From contig NC_092677.1 in assembly GCF_964355755.1 (NCBI RefSeq), forward strand, positions 22,245,175 to 22,309,174: a DNA stretch of 64,000 nt, written 5' to 3'. The position numbers were made by a program, and so were the translations under genes. The notes beneath the pieces were generated by a model that worked only from the letters and a program-made list of their open reading frames with translations, did not search any database and had not been told where the DNA came from. Of the stretch, positions 14,861-27,540 are shown one piece after another. Position 1 is the first letter of the stretch. The number at the start of each line of letters is the position of its first letter. This stretch comes from Antedon mediterranea (Eukaryota > Animalia > Echinodermata).

Positions 14861-17800
14861 ATAATAATTTTTTAATTTTAAAGAATGGAAATTTTGACAA
14901 TTTTTTTAAAAAAAGTCCAATGGTCCCCCGCAGGGAAATTTTCTAAAAATGGCCAGTTTTCAACCATTTTATTTTTTGACATAAGTAGTTACGATGGCTC
15001 TATAAGATGATGTTAACACAATATATGTGCATAAATGGCATTATTATAGCCTAATTTTTGAATTTTTAAAAGTGTAAATTTTAGTCATTTTTCGAAAAAA
15101 AATCCTATGGTTCCCCCTCCCCCCAGGGAAATTTTGGCAAAAATGGCCAAATTTCAACCCTTTTATTTGTTGACATAACTAGTTACTATGGTTCTATAAA
15201 ATGATGTTAACACAATATATGTGCATAAATGGCAGTATTATAGCATAATTATTGAAGTTAAAAAAATGGACATTTTGGCGATTTTTCGAAAAAAATTCCT
15301 ATAGTCCGCCGCAGGGAAATTTTCGCAAAAATGGCCAAATTTCAAACCTTTTATATTTTGACATAACTAGTTACGATGGCTCTATAAGATTATGTTAATA
15401 CAATATATGTGCATAAATGGCAATATTATAGCCTAATTATTAAATTTTAAAAGGTGAACATTTTGGTTATTTTTCGAAAAAATTCCTGTGGTCCCCCAGA
15501 GGAAAATTTTCGAAAAATAGCCAAATTTCGCCCTTTTATTTTTTGACATAACTAGTAACTATGGCTCTATAGGATGATGTTAGCACAATATATTTGCATA
15601 AATGGCAATATTATAGCATAATTGTTGAATATTAGAAATTGGAAATTTTGTAAATTTTTTGAAAAAAATCCTTTGGTCCCCCGGGGGAAAATTTTCGAAA
15701 AAATGGCCATATTTCGACCCTTTTATTTTTTGACATAACTAGTTACGATGGCTCTATAAGATGATATTAACACAATATATGTGCATAAATGGCAATATTA
15801 TAGTATAATTATTTAATTTTAAAAAGTGGAAAATGTTGGCATTTTTCGACACTTTTATTTTTTTGACATAACTAGTTCCTATGTCTCTATAAGATGATGT
15901 TAGCACAATATATGTGTATAAATGGCAATATTATAGCATAATTATTTAATTTTAAAAAATGGACATTTTGGCGATTTTTCAAAAAAATTCCTATGGTCCG
16001 CCGCAGGGAAATTTTCGAAAAATGGCCAAATTTTGACCCTTTTGTTTTTTGACATAACTCGTTACTATGGCTCAATAAGATGATGTTAACCCAATATATG
16101 TGCATAAATGGCAATATTATAGCTTAATTATTAAATTTTAAACGGTAGAAATTTTGGTTATTTTTCGAAAAAATTCCTGTGGTCCCCCGGAGGAAAATTT
16201 TCGAAAAATGGCCAAATTTCGACCCTTTTATTTTTTGACATAACTAGTAACTATGGCTCTATAAGATGATATTAGCACAATATATTTGCATAAATGGCAA
16301 TATTATAGCATAATTTTCGAATTTTAGAAATTTGGAAATTTGGTCAATTTTTCGAAAAAATTCCTATGGCCACAGGAAAATTTTTTAAAATGGCCAAATT
16401 TCCACTCTTTTATTTTTTGACATAATTCGTTACTATGACGTTATAAGATGATGTTAGCAAAATATATCTGTATAAATGGCAATATTATAGAATAATTATT
16501 TAATTTTAAAAATTGGAAAATGTTGCCATTTTTCGACCATTTTATTTTTTTGACATAACTAGTTGCTATGTCTCTATAAGATGATGTTAGCACAATATAT
16601 TTGCATAAATGGCAATATTATAGCATAATTTTCGAATTTTAAAAAGTAGAAATTTTTGCAATTTTTCAAAAAAAATCCTGTGGTCCCCCGCAGGAAAATT
16701 TTTGGAAAATGTCCAAATTTCGACCCTTTTATTTTTTGACATAACTAGTTGCTATGGCTCTATAAGATGATGTTAGCACAATATATGTGCTTAAATGGCA
16801 ATATTATAGCATAATTATTGAATTTTAAAAAAGTTGAAATTTTGGCCATTTTTGAAAAAAATTCCTATGGTCCCCCGCTGGAAAATTTTCGAAAAATGGC
16901 CAAATTTCGACCCTTTTATTTTTTGATATAACTAGTAACTATGGCTCTATAAGATGATGTTAGCACAATATATGTGCATAACTGGCAATATTATAGCTTA
17001 ATTATTGAAGTTTAAAGGTGGACATTTTGGTTATTTTTCGAAAAATTTTTCCAAAAATGTCAAAATTGGGACGTTTTTATTTTTTGATATAACTAGTTAT
17101 AAGATGATGTTTGCACAATATATTTGCATAAATGGCAATATTATAGCATAATTTTCGATATTTAAAAAGTGGAAATTTTGTCGATTTTTCGAAAAAAATT
17201 CATATGGTCCCCCGCAGGGAAATTTTCGGAAAATGGCCAAATTTCGACCCTTTTATTTGTTGACATAACTAGTTACTATGGCTCTATAAAATGATGTTAA
17301 CACAATATATGTGCATAAATGGCAGTATTATAGCATAATTATTGAAGTTTAAAAAGTGGACATTTTGGCGATTTTTCGAAAAAAATTCCTATGGTCCCCC
17401 GCTGGAAAATTTTCGAAAAATGGCCAAATTTCGACCCTTTTATTTTTTGATATAACTAGTAACTATGGCTCTATAAGATGATGTTAGCACAATATATGTG
17501 CATAACTGGCAATATTATAGCTTAATTATTGAAGTTTAAAGGTGGACATTTTGGTTATTTTTTGAAAAATTTTTCCAAAAATGTCAAAATTGGGACGTTT
17601 TTATTTTTTGATATAACTAGTTATAAGATGATGTTTGCACAATATATTTGCATAAATGGCAATATTATAGCATAATTTTCGATATTTAAAAAGTGGAAAT
17701 TTTGTCGATTTTTCGAAAAAAATTCATATGGTCCCCCGCAGGGAAATTTTCGGAAAATGGCCAAATTTCGACCCTTTTATTTGTTGACATAACTAGTTAC

Positions 17801-19978
17801 TATGGCTCTATAAGATTATGTTAGCAAAATATATGTGTATAAATGGCAATATTATAGCATAATTTTTTAATTTTAAAAAGTGGAAATTGTTTCCATTTTT
17901 CAATAAAATTCCTATGGTCCCCCGCAAAAAAATTTTCGAAAAATGGCAAAATTTCAAACCTTTTATTTTTTTTGTAACTAGTTACTATGGCTCTATAAGA
18001 TGATGTTAACACAATATATGTGCATAAATGGCAATATTATAGCATAATGGTTGAATTTTAAAAAGTGGAAAATTTTGCAGTTTTTCGACCCTTTTATTTC
18101 TTGACATAACTAGTTGCTATGGCTCTATAAGATGATGTTAACACAATATATGTGCATAAATGGCAATATTATAACCTAATTATTGAATTTTAAACGGTGG
18201 AAATTTTGGTTATTTTTCGAAAAAATTCCTTTGGTCCCCCGGAGGAAAATTTTCGGAAAATGGGCAAATTTCGACCCTTTTATTTATCGACATAACTAGT
18301 AACTATGGCTCAATAAGATGATGTTAGCACAATATATTTGCATAAATGGAAATATTATAGCATAATTTTCAAATTTTAAAAAAGTGGAAATTTTGTCTAT
18401 TTTTCGAAAAAAAATTCCTATGGACCCCCGCAGGGAAATTTTAGGAAAATGGCAAAATTTCGACCCTTTTATTTTTTGACATAACTAGTTACTATGTTAC
18501 TAATAAGATGATGTTAGCACAATATATTTTCATAAATGGCAATATTATAGCAAAATTATTAAATTTAAAAAAGCGGAAATTTTTGCCATTTTTCGAAAAA
18601 AATTCCTATGGTCCCCCGCAGAAAAATTTTCGAAAAATGGCAATTTTTCGACCCTTTTGTTTTTTGACATAACTAGTTTATATGGCTCTATAAGATGATG
18701 TTAGCAAAATATATCTGTGAAAATGGCAACATTATAGCATAATTTTCGAATTTTGAAAAGTGGAAATTTTTGCAATTTTTCGAAAAATTCCCTATGGTTC
18801 CCCGCAGTTTGCCATTTTTCGGAAAAAATTCCTATGGTCCCCCGCAGGGAATTTTTTGGAAAATATCCAAATTTTGACTCATTTATTTTTTGACATAACT
18901 AGTTGCTATGTCTCTATAAGATGATGTTAGCACAATATATGTGCATAAATTGCAATATTATAGCCTAATTATTGAATTTTAAAAAGTGGAATTTTTTGCC
19001 ATTTTTAGAACAAAATTCCTATGGTCACCCGCAAGAAAATTTTCGGAAAATGTCCAAATTTCGACCCTTTTATTCATTGACATAACTGGTTACTATGGCT
19101 CTATAAGATTATGTTAGCACAATATATTTGCATAAATGGCAATATTATAGCATAATTATTGAATTTTAAAAAGTGGGATTTTTGCCATTTTTCTAAAAAA
19201 TTCCTCTGGTTCCCCGCAGGAAAATTTTCTAAAAATGGCCAAATTTCGACCCTTTTATTTTTTTACATAACTAGTTACTATGGCTCTATAAGATGATGTT
19301 AGCAAAATATATGTGTATAAATGGCAATATTATAGCATAATTATTTAATTTTAAAAAGTGGAAAATGTTGCCATTTTTCGACCCTTTTATTTTGTTGACA
19401 TATTTAGTTGCTATGTCTCTATAAGATGAATGTTAGCACAATATATTTGCATAAATGGCAATATTATAGCATAATTTTCGAATTTTAGAAATTGGAAATT
19501 TGGTCCATTTTTCGAAAAAATTCCTATGGTCCCCTGCAGGAAAATTTTCGAAAAATGGCCAAATTTCAACCTTTTTATTTTTTGACATAACTAGTAACTA
19601 TGGCTCTATAAGATGATTTTAGCACAATATATTTGCATAAATGGCAATATTATAGCATAATTTTCGAATTTTAGAAGTTGGAAATTTTGTCCATTTTTCA
19701 AAAAAATTCCTATGGTCCCCGCAGGAAAATTTTCGAAAAATTGCCAAATTTCAAGCCTTTTAATTTTTTGATATAATTCCTTACTATGGCTCTATAAGAT
19801 GATGTTAGCAAAATATATCTGTATAAATGGAAATATTATAGCATAATTATTTAATTTTAAAAAGTGGAAAATTTTGCCATTTTTCGACCCTTTTATTTCT
19901 TGACATAACTAGTTGCTATGGCTCTATAAGATGATGTTAGCACAATAAATTAGCATAAATGGCAATATTATAGCATAA
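14861..19978. repeat. ~187-bp AT-rich satellite with a ~133-bp deletion variant
   Basis: CATAAATGGCAATATTATAGC and CATAACTAGTTACTATGGCTCTATAAGATGATG recur at ~185-190-bp or ~133-bp spacing. About 29 units. Confidence 0.95.
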
Positions 19979-20040
19979 ATGGTTACTATATCATAATAAA
20001 CATGCGCAGAATCGAATAATGTATTCTGCGCATGTCAATT

Positions 20041-22437
20041 GTCTCCAAATGCGATTTGAAGCTATTCTGTACACTTTGATGTTTTTTGTGAAAAAGTTTT
20101 GTCGAAATGCTCAAAATGGTCTAAAACGTTTTTAAATACCATATTAAGCTATTTTGTGCACTTTGATGTTTTTGTGTGTAAAATTTTATCGAAATGCTCA
20201 AAATGGTCTAAAACGGTTTCTATTGTGATTTTAAGCACTTTGATGTTTTGTGTAAAAAAGTTTTGTCGAAATGCACAAAATGGTCTAAAACGGTTTCCAA
20301 TGCGATTTGAAGCTATTCTGTACACTTTTAAGTTTTGTGTGAAAAAGTTTTCTCGAAATGCTCAAAATGGTCTAAAACGTTTTCCAATACCATATTAAGC
20401 TATTTTGTGCTCTTTGATGTTTTTGTGTAACCAAGTTTCATCGAAATGAACAAAATGGTCTAAAACGTCTCCAAATGCGATTTGAAGCTTTTCTAAGCAC
20501 TTTGGTGTTTTTATGTTAACAAGTTTTTTCGAAAAGTAAAAATGGTCTAAAACGTCTCAAAATGCGATTTGAAGGTATTCTGAGCACTTTGGTGTTTTGT
20601 GTGAAAAAGTTTTGTCGAAATGCTCAAAATGGTCTAAAACGTTTTTAAATACCATATTAAGCTCTTTTGTGCACATTGATGTTTTTGTGTGAAAAGTTTT
20701 ATCGAAATGTTCAAAATGGTCTAAAACGTCTCCAAATGCGATTTGAAGCTATTCTGTACACTTTGATGTTTTGTGTGAAAAAATTTTGTCGAAATGCTCA
20801 AAATGGTCTAAAAACGTTTTTAAATACGATATTAAGCTATTTTGTGCTCTTTGATGTTTTTGTGTAACCAAGTTTCATCGAATAGAACAAAATGGTCTAA
20901 AACGTCTCCAAATGCGATTTGAAGCTTTTCTAAGCCCTTTGGTGTTTTTATGATAACATGATTTTTCGAAAATCACAAAATGGTCTAAAACGTCTCAAAA
21001 TACGATTTGAAAGTATTCTGAGCACTTTGGTGTTTTTATGTTAACAAGTTTTTTCGAAAATCACAAAATTGTCTAAAACGTCTCCAAATGCGATTTGAAG
21101 CTATTCTTAGCACTTTGATGTTTGGTGTGAAAAAGTTTTGTCAAAATGCTCAAAATGGTCTAAAACGTTTTTAAATACGATATTAAGCTATTTTGTGCAC
21201 TTTGATGTTTTTGTGTGAAAAGTGTTAACGAAATGCTCAAAATGGTCTAAAACGGTTTCTAATGTGATTTTAAGCACTTTGATGTTTTTGTGTAACCAAG
21301 TTTCATTGAAATGCACAAAATGGTCTAAAACGTCTCCAAATGCGATTTGAAGCTATTCTTAGCACTTTGATGTTTGGTGTGAAAAAGTTTTGTCGAAATG
21401 CTCAAAATGGTCTAAAACGTTTTTAAATACGATATTAAGCTATTTTGTGCACATTTATGTTTTTGTGTGAAAAGTTTTATCGAAATGCTCAAAATGGTCT
21501 AAAACGGTTTCTAATGTGATTTTAAGCACGATTTGAAGCTATTTTGTACACTTTGATGTTTCGTGTGAAAAAGTTTTTTCGAAATGCTCAAAATGGTCTA
21601 AAACGTTTTTAAATACGATATTAAGCTATTTTGTGCATTTTGATGTTTTTGTGTGAAAAGTTTTAACGAAATGCTCAAAATAGTCTAAAACGGTTTCTAA
21701 TGTGATTTTAAGCACTTTGATGTTTTTGTGTAACCAAGTTTCATCGAAATGCACAAAAGGGTCTAAAACGTCTCCAAATGCGATTTGAAGCTATTCTTAG
21801 CTCTTTGATGTTTTGTGTAAAAAATTTTGTCGAAATGCTCAAAATGGTCTAAAACGTTTTTAAATACGATATTAAGCTATTTTGTGGTCTTTGATGTTTT
21901 GTGTGAAAAAGTTTTGTCGAAATGCTCAAAATGATCTAAAACATCTCCAAATGCGATTTGAAGCTATTCTGTACACTTTGATGTTTTTAACACTTTGGTG
22001 TTTTTATGTTAATTTTTTTCGAAAATCAGAAAATAGTCTAAAACGTCTCCAAATGCGATTTGAAGCTATTCTTATCACTTTGGTGTTTTTATGGTAACAG
22101 GTTTTTTCGAAAATCACAAAATGGTCTAAAACGTCTCCAAAAATGCGATTTGAAGTTATTCTTAGCACTTTGGTGTTTTTATGTTAAGTTTTTTCGAAAA
22201 TCACAAAATGGTCTAAAACGTCTCCAAATGCGATTTGAAGCTATTCTGTACACTTTGATGTTTTGTGTGAAAAAGTTTTGTCGAAATGCTCAAAATGGTC
22301 TAAAACGTTTTTAAATACGATATTAAGCTATTTTGTGCTCTTTGATGTTTTTGTGTGAAAAGTTTTAACGAAATGCTCAAAATGGTCTAAAACGGTTTCT
22401 AATGTGATTTTAAGCACTTTGATGTTTTTGTGTAACC
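20041..22437 (-). repeat. ~86-bp tandem repeat, reverse-complement block
   Basis: CAAAATGGTCTAAAACGTCTCCAAATGCGATTTGAAGCTATTC is the reverse complement of the 14099-14860 unit. Confidence 0.93.
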
Positions 22438-22439
22438 AG

Positions 22440-22861
22440 CTTGATCTCTACTTTATTTTTAAAGCCATTCTATGCCTGACCGGGTTTATTCTTTACACGT
22501 GGTTTGTATACAACTGTTAGCGCATTCTTAGCTCCACAGTGCGTCGTTTAAACGTTGGTGGCGCAAGACTTAATTTGTATAGGTGGAACAGCTGTGGCGA
22601 AAGCCCCAAAAAAATTTAAAAATGTGTTCTCCCTGCCTCAGCACTAAGGCCCTGCCCCGGCCTTGGGGTCGTTTCCACCACATCATCACCAGATTGCTAG
22701 TGCCTTCTCAAGATGTGTGGTGGAAAGGGGGACGTAAATTCTGTGAACCCCAAACACAGTTGGTCGCATACCTTTAACTCTATTCCACCGACCAGCGTGG
22801 GAATCGAACCCACGACATACGTGTTGTCAACACGACGCTCAGTCGTCTGAGCTAACTGGCC
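22440..22861 (-). mobile_element. Candidate tRNA-derived SINE
   Basis: tRNA-like head at 22861-22789 followed by a ~350-bp, more GC-rich body ending near AAAAATAAAG on the minus strand. No TSD found. Confidence 0.6.
22789..22861 (-). tRNA. tRNA-like cloverleaf, apparent anticodon GAC (pseudo-tRNA or SINE head)
   Basis: GGCCAGT TA GCTC AGACGACT GAGC G TCGTG TTGACAA CACGT ATGTC GTGGG TTCGATT CCCAC GCTGGTC G (73 nt). Stems pair, but the D-loop GG is missing, there is a T-T mismatch in the anticodon stem, and no oligo-T terminator follows. Confidence 0.5.
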
Positions 22862-22924
22862 ATTTTGGTTTTAAAAAGGTTAATATGATATTTATGACGT
22901 AATGATGAATTACGTAATACACTT

Positions 22925-24405
22925 ATAAATAGACTATTATAAACTGTTCTGTCGTGCACTACATTATGGCATAACGGGTAATGCTCAGTTTTGAGTGCTC
23001 CCAGTAGTGGGTTCGAACCTGTAAGGATTTTTTTTTTTATTTGAAAATAAATATTGTTTTTGAAAGTGAGATATTTTGAGGGTTGTAAATGTCAGGCCTA
23101 AACAAGTGGACATTTTTTTCAATCAGAAACAAAGTTGCATGGCATTATTTTTTTTTGATTGATCATTCATTTCATATAAATAGACTGTTATCAGCTCTTC
23201 TGTCATCTACTGGTTTGTGGCGTAACCGGTAGTGCTCAGGTTTGAGTTCTCGCAGTAGTGGGTTCGAACCTCTACGAATATTTTTTTCTTTTTTTTTTAA
23301 TTGAAAATAAATATTGTTTTTGAAAGTGAGATATTTTGAGGGTTGTAAATGTCAGGCCTAAACAAGTGGACCTTTTTTAAAATCAGAAACAAAGTTGCAT
23401 AACATTATTTTTCATTGATTGATAATTCATTTTATATAAATAGACTATTATCAGCTTTTCAGTCATCTACTGGTTTGTGGCGTAACGGGTAATATATATA
23501 GGTATTTATTGATAAAAAAAACACATAAATAGTACAAACAGAAGGCAGCCCATCGGCTGAAAAATTCTGCAAACAACGTATAAAGTCAAATTTAAAAGAC
23601 TCTAACAACAATATAATATAAACAAGTACACAGTAAATCAGATCATTAAAAAGCCGTTAAAATTCTTTAAAATGCCCCAGATAAACCAAAGCATGCAGTA
23701 ATCACTAATTCGTTGTGTGCTCTCAGCATTGGGTTCGAACCTCTACGGATATTTTTATTTTTTTATTATTTTTTTGTCATTCATTATTTTTCATTGATTG
23801 ATCATTAATTTCATATAAATAGAGTATTATCAGCTCTTCAGTCATCTACTGGTTTGTGGCGTAACGGGTAATGCTCAGGTTTGAGTGCTCGCAGTAGTAG
23901 GTTTGAAACTCTAGGGATATTTTTTTTCTTTTTTTTTTTAGTTGAAAATAAATATTGTTTTTGAAAGTGAGATATTTTGAGGGTTGTAAATGTCAGGCCT
24001 AAACAAGTGGACCTTTTTTAAAATCAGAAACAAAGTTGCATGGCATTATTTTTCATTGATTGATCATTCATTTCATATAAATAGACTATTATCAGCTCTT
24101 CAGTCATCTACTGCTTTGTGGCGTAACGGGTAATGCTCAGGTTTCAGTGCTCTCAGTGTAGTGGGTTTGAACCTCTAGGGATATTTTTTTCTTTTTTTTT
24201 TATTGAAAATAACTATTGTTTTTGAAAGTGAGATATTGTTATGGTTGTAAATGTCAGGCCTAAACAAGTGGACCATTTTTAAAATCAGAAACAAAGTTGC
24301 ATGGCATTATTTTTAATTGATTGATCATTCATTTCATATAAATAGAGTATTATCAGCTCTTCAGTCATCTACTGGTTTGTGGCGTAACGGGTAATGCTCA
24401 AGTTT
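22925..24405 (+). repeat. ~250-260-bp tandem repeat carrying Pol III A/B-box motifs and T-runs
   Basis: ATAAATAGA(C/G)TATTAT unit starts at ~22925, 23177, 23436, 23815, 24077, 24337. TGGCGTAACGG and GGTTCGAACC occur in the units. An unrelated insert lies at ~23492-23710. Confidence 0.85.
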
Positions 24406-24769
24406 GATTTGGTTCTCGCAAACCAATCACAAGTAAGTTGGAATAAGCCTAGCTTTCGATTGGTCAATTCGCGCGCTTGCGTTGCGGCTGGCTTACGTCT
24501 TTACGTTGCGTGCTAGGGAACCAAAGCCCACGTGCCGCTGATTTTGAGAGTTTAATACGGTCACACGTTTTATAGACATTGTGTTGATCAAGTAAGTCAT
24601 GGTTGGATTAAAACGCAAACGTCAAATAGTAGCATTTTAAACAAGATTAAGAACCACACCTATCAAAGATTTAATCATAACTCCATGGTTTAATCTAAAC
24701 AGATCTTCACTCTGAATTTTATTACACAACAAACAATTTAAAATCTGTATTCAGCAAATAATTCTCAAT

Positions 24770-25380
24770 GTCAGAGTTGTAAATGATGCAAACTTTCATA
24801 TCCAACTAAATTATGAAGTTATTTCAACGTTTATAATTTCAATGTTAAAACAACGTTAATAATTCTAACGTTGAAATTTACGTTGATGCAAACCTTCATA
24901 TTCAACTAAACTATTACATTGTTTCAACGTTAATAATTTCAACATTGAATAAATGTTTATAATTTCAACGTTGAATTAACATTTACATTTATGTTAATGT
25001 AAACTTTCATTTTCAAAAATTTTCCGACTTTATTTCAACCATGGAGGAAATATACAGATGTACAGATGTACAGATGTATATTTCCTCCATGTTTCAACTA
25101 TACTTAGTTTTGACATTGACATTTATGTTAATGTAAACTTTCATTTTCAAAAATTTTCCGGCTTTATTTCAACGATGGAGGAAATATACAGATGTACAGA
25201 TGTACAGATGTATATTTCCTCCATGTTTCAACTATACTTAGTTTTACGTTGTTTAAACATTGATAATTTCTACGTTGAATCAACGTTGACATTTATGTTG
25301 ATGCAAACTTTCATTTTCAACAATTTTCCGACGTTATTTCAACTTAGCTTATTTTTACGTTTTTTCAACATTGATAATTT
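24770..25380. repeat. Degenerate TTTCAACGTTGA repeat region (MITE-like remnant) with a local ~130-bp duplication
   Basis: Recurrent TCAACGTTGA-like motifs. 24985-25110 is repeated at 25118-25240, including (ACAGATGT)n. Confidence 0.55.
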
Positions 25381-25659
25381 ATGTATAATTGATTTTTTAA
25401 AAGTCAGTATCGGAAACAATTTCGCGACAATTACGGAACGGCGCTCTAGAGGACAGTTGGCCTATCTTTACCGTTATAACAAATATTGGCACGTTTGGGC
25501 GATGAAATCAACGGCTTATCTGATGTTTCATGTAGAAAGTACCTGTTGCTGTTATGGGATAGGCCTATTTTCCAAAAAGTTTGCACACTTCCACTTTGTG
25601 AAGGTCGCGAAACTGGTTAGTAGGAAGAACATATTTACTAGAAGCACTAATTAATGTTA

Positions 25660-25965
25660 TTTGTTGTATTTTGTTAAGTTTATCCTAATCTTTATCACTG
25701 TGCTCAAGTATACCAACATGACTATAGTCGAGAACAATTGTAAACTGGATCGTACATTAGTGTTGTATTTTGTTAAGTTTATTCTATTCTTTATCACTGT
25801 GATGCTCAAGTATGCCAAAATAAATATAGCTGAGAACAGTGTGAAACGGGATCGTACATTGTTATTTGTTGTATTTTGTTCAGTTTATCCTATTCTGTAT
25901 CACTGTGCTCAAGTATACCAACATAACTATAGTTGAGAACAGTGTTAAACTGCATCGTACATTAA
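25660..25965. repeat. Three tandem ~100-bp units
   Basis: GTTGTATTTTGTT(A/C)AGTTTAT...TCACTGTG..CTCAAGTAT...GATCGTACATT occurs three times. Confidence 0.85.
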
Positions 25966-27373
25966 TGTTAAGAAAGATTCGTAATTGTAGCTCTGGTAAC
26001 TAATTTTAAAATCATGTAATTAAAAATAAAAATAGTTCCTTGTTTGAAAGTTCTAAAAAGATTATCCCGGATTTATAGTTTCGAAAATGTTAATTTAATA
26101 TGATTTTAAAATGATTTACCAGAGCTAGTCTTTAACCTACAAGTGGATACCAGCTCATTTTTAGGATAATGAATATAATAAATGTATAAAATGTGTAGTA
26201 GGCCTTCGTATAGATTAGTTAAAACAAACAGTGTTGTAAGACAATGAGTGTTATAGGCTACTTATTGATCATTTTGCATTTGTTGACAAGTTATTATGTC
26301 TATTGTTATTTAATTTTATTATGACATTTCAAAATGAAGAAACAAAAAATACTAAAAAAAAGGATTTCATCGCCGATATGATTGTTTTACATACATGTTT
26401 AGTAAGATTAAAACGCTACATTTTGACCATGGAAAACCATCGTACATTATCATGTGCGTATGTTTTTTAAAGGGATCCCCAACGATCAGCAGAAAGACGT
26501 AGCAGCTATGACAAAACAGCTGCCAGAAGTCGCAGCTCCGATTGGTTAAGATTGTGAGTCTCCTTTTAATCAACAGCAAAATGATCATTTTACTGAAGAA
26601 ATTCCTTTCAACCCTTCAATGGTTATTATGTATAGAACATTCTAATTGTCATACCATGGAACTATATTATAGTTCCATGGTCATACCTAATAAATATCCT
26701 TATATCGGTTGTTTATTTAATTTTACAGTGAAGAGGCACGTCATCATTTACGACATAGTGGTGATATGATGCAATTTTATAATGGATAATGATCGGATTG
26801 CCTTTCCAGGCTTATAATCAAATGTTCATTGTAGTACTAATAGTAAACTGAATGTTTATAAATAAATTGTTTTTAATACGTAATTTGTTGCATATAAAAT
26901 AAAAGACAAAATATTTCACATTTAAATAATTACGGTATGTATTGTTAAATGACATTATGCCGCTGAATAATACTATAATCCTAAACTATGTTTACAAATT
27001 GTCATTTAAGGCACACATCTTTCTCATCATATTCATAGATCTGTAAAATAAAAAAAATCAATTATTAATATAATAATAAGAAATATTCATCGACCAAAGT
27101 AAAAATAATCTAGATCGTAACATCATTTTATCACGACCGATATCGGAGAGACTCCGGCGTGATATCCCCTTCTTCAGATGGTGCCTTCTTGTTGTAGTGT
27201 GACAACAACGGCAGAGTAATTACGGGGGTTTCCCGCTAGCGCGTTAGTGCGACAGCAGAGTGATGAGACCTGAGACTACTTTGCGGGCCTTCCCCTTCTT
27301 TTATGCCTACACGTTCCGTGTTTTTTTGTATCATTGTGACATTTTACGCACTTGTAAACAATTTTAACGTTTT

Positions 27374-27515
27374 GGGGCGACTTAGTGATGTGGCGACTTT
27401 GCGATGGGGCGACTTTGCGTTGGGGCGACTTTGCGATGGGGGCGACTTTGCGATGGGTCGACTGTGTCGGGGCGACTTTGTCTTGGGCGACTTTGCGATG
27501 GGGCGACTTGACTAG
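27374..27515. repeat. GGGGCGACTTTGCGAT subterminal-type repeats (MITE end)
   Basis: About 8 copies of a 16-17-bp unit. Confidence 0.75.
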
Positions 27516-27540
27516 CATCCGGATTCCCCTATAGTTATAC

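Noticed and set aside
14187-22314. ORFs inside the 86-bp and 187-bp arrays
   Set aside because: Repeat-derived, frequent stops, no domain motifs.
22960-24180. Cluster of genuine tRNA genes
   Set aside because: A/B boxes are present, but acceptor and anticodon stems do not form and two B boxes are mutated.
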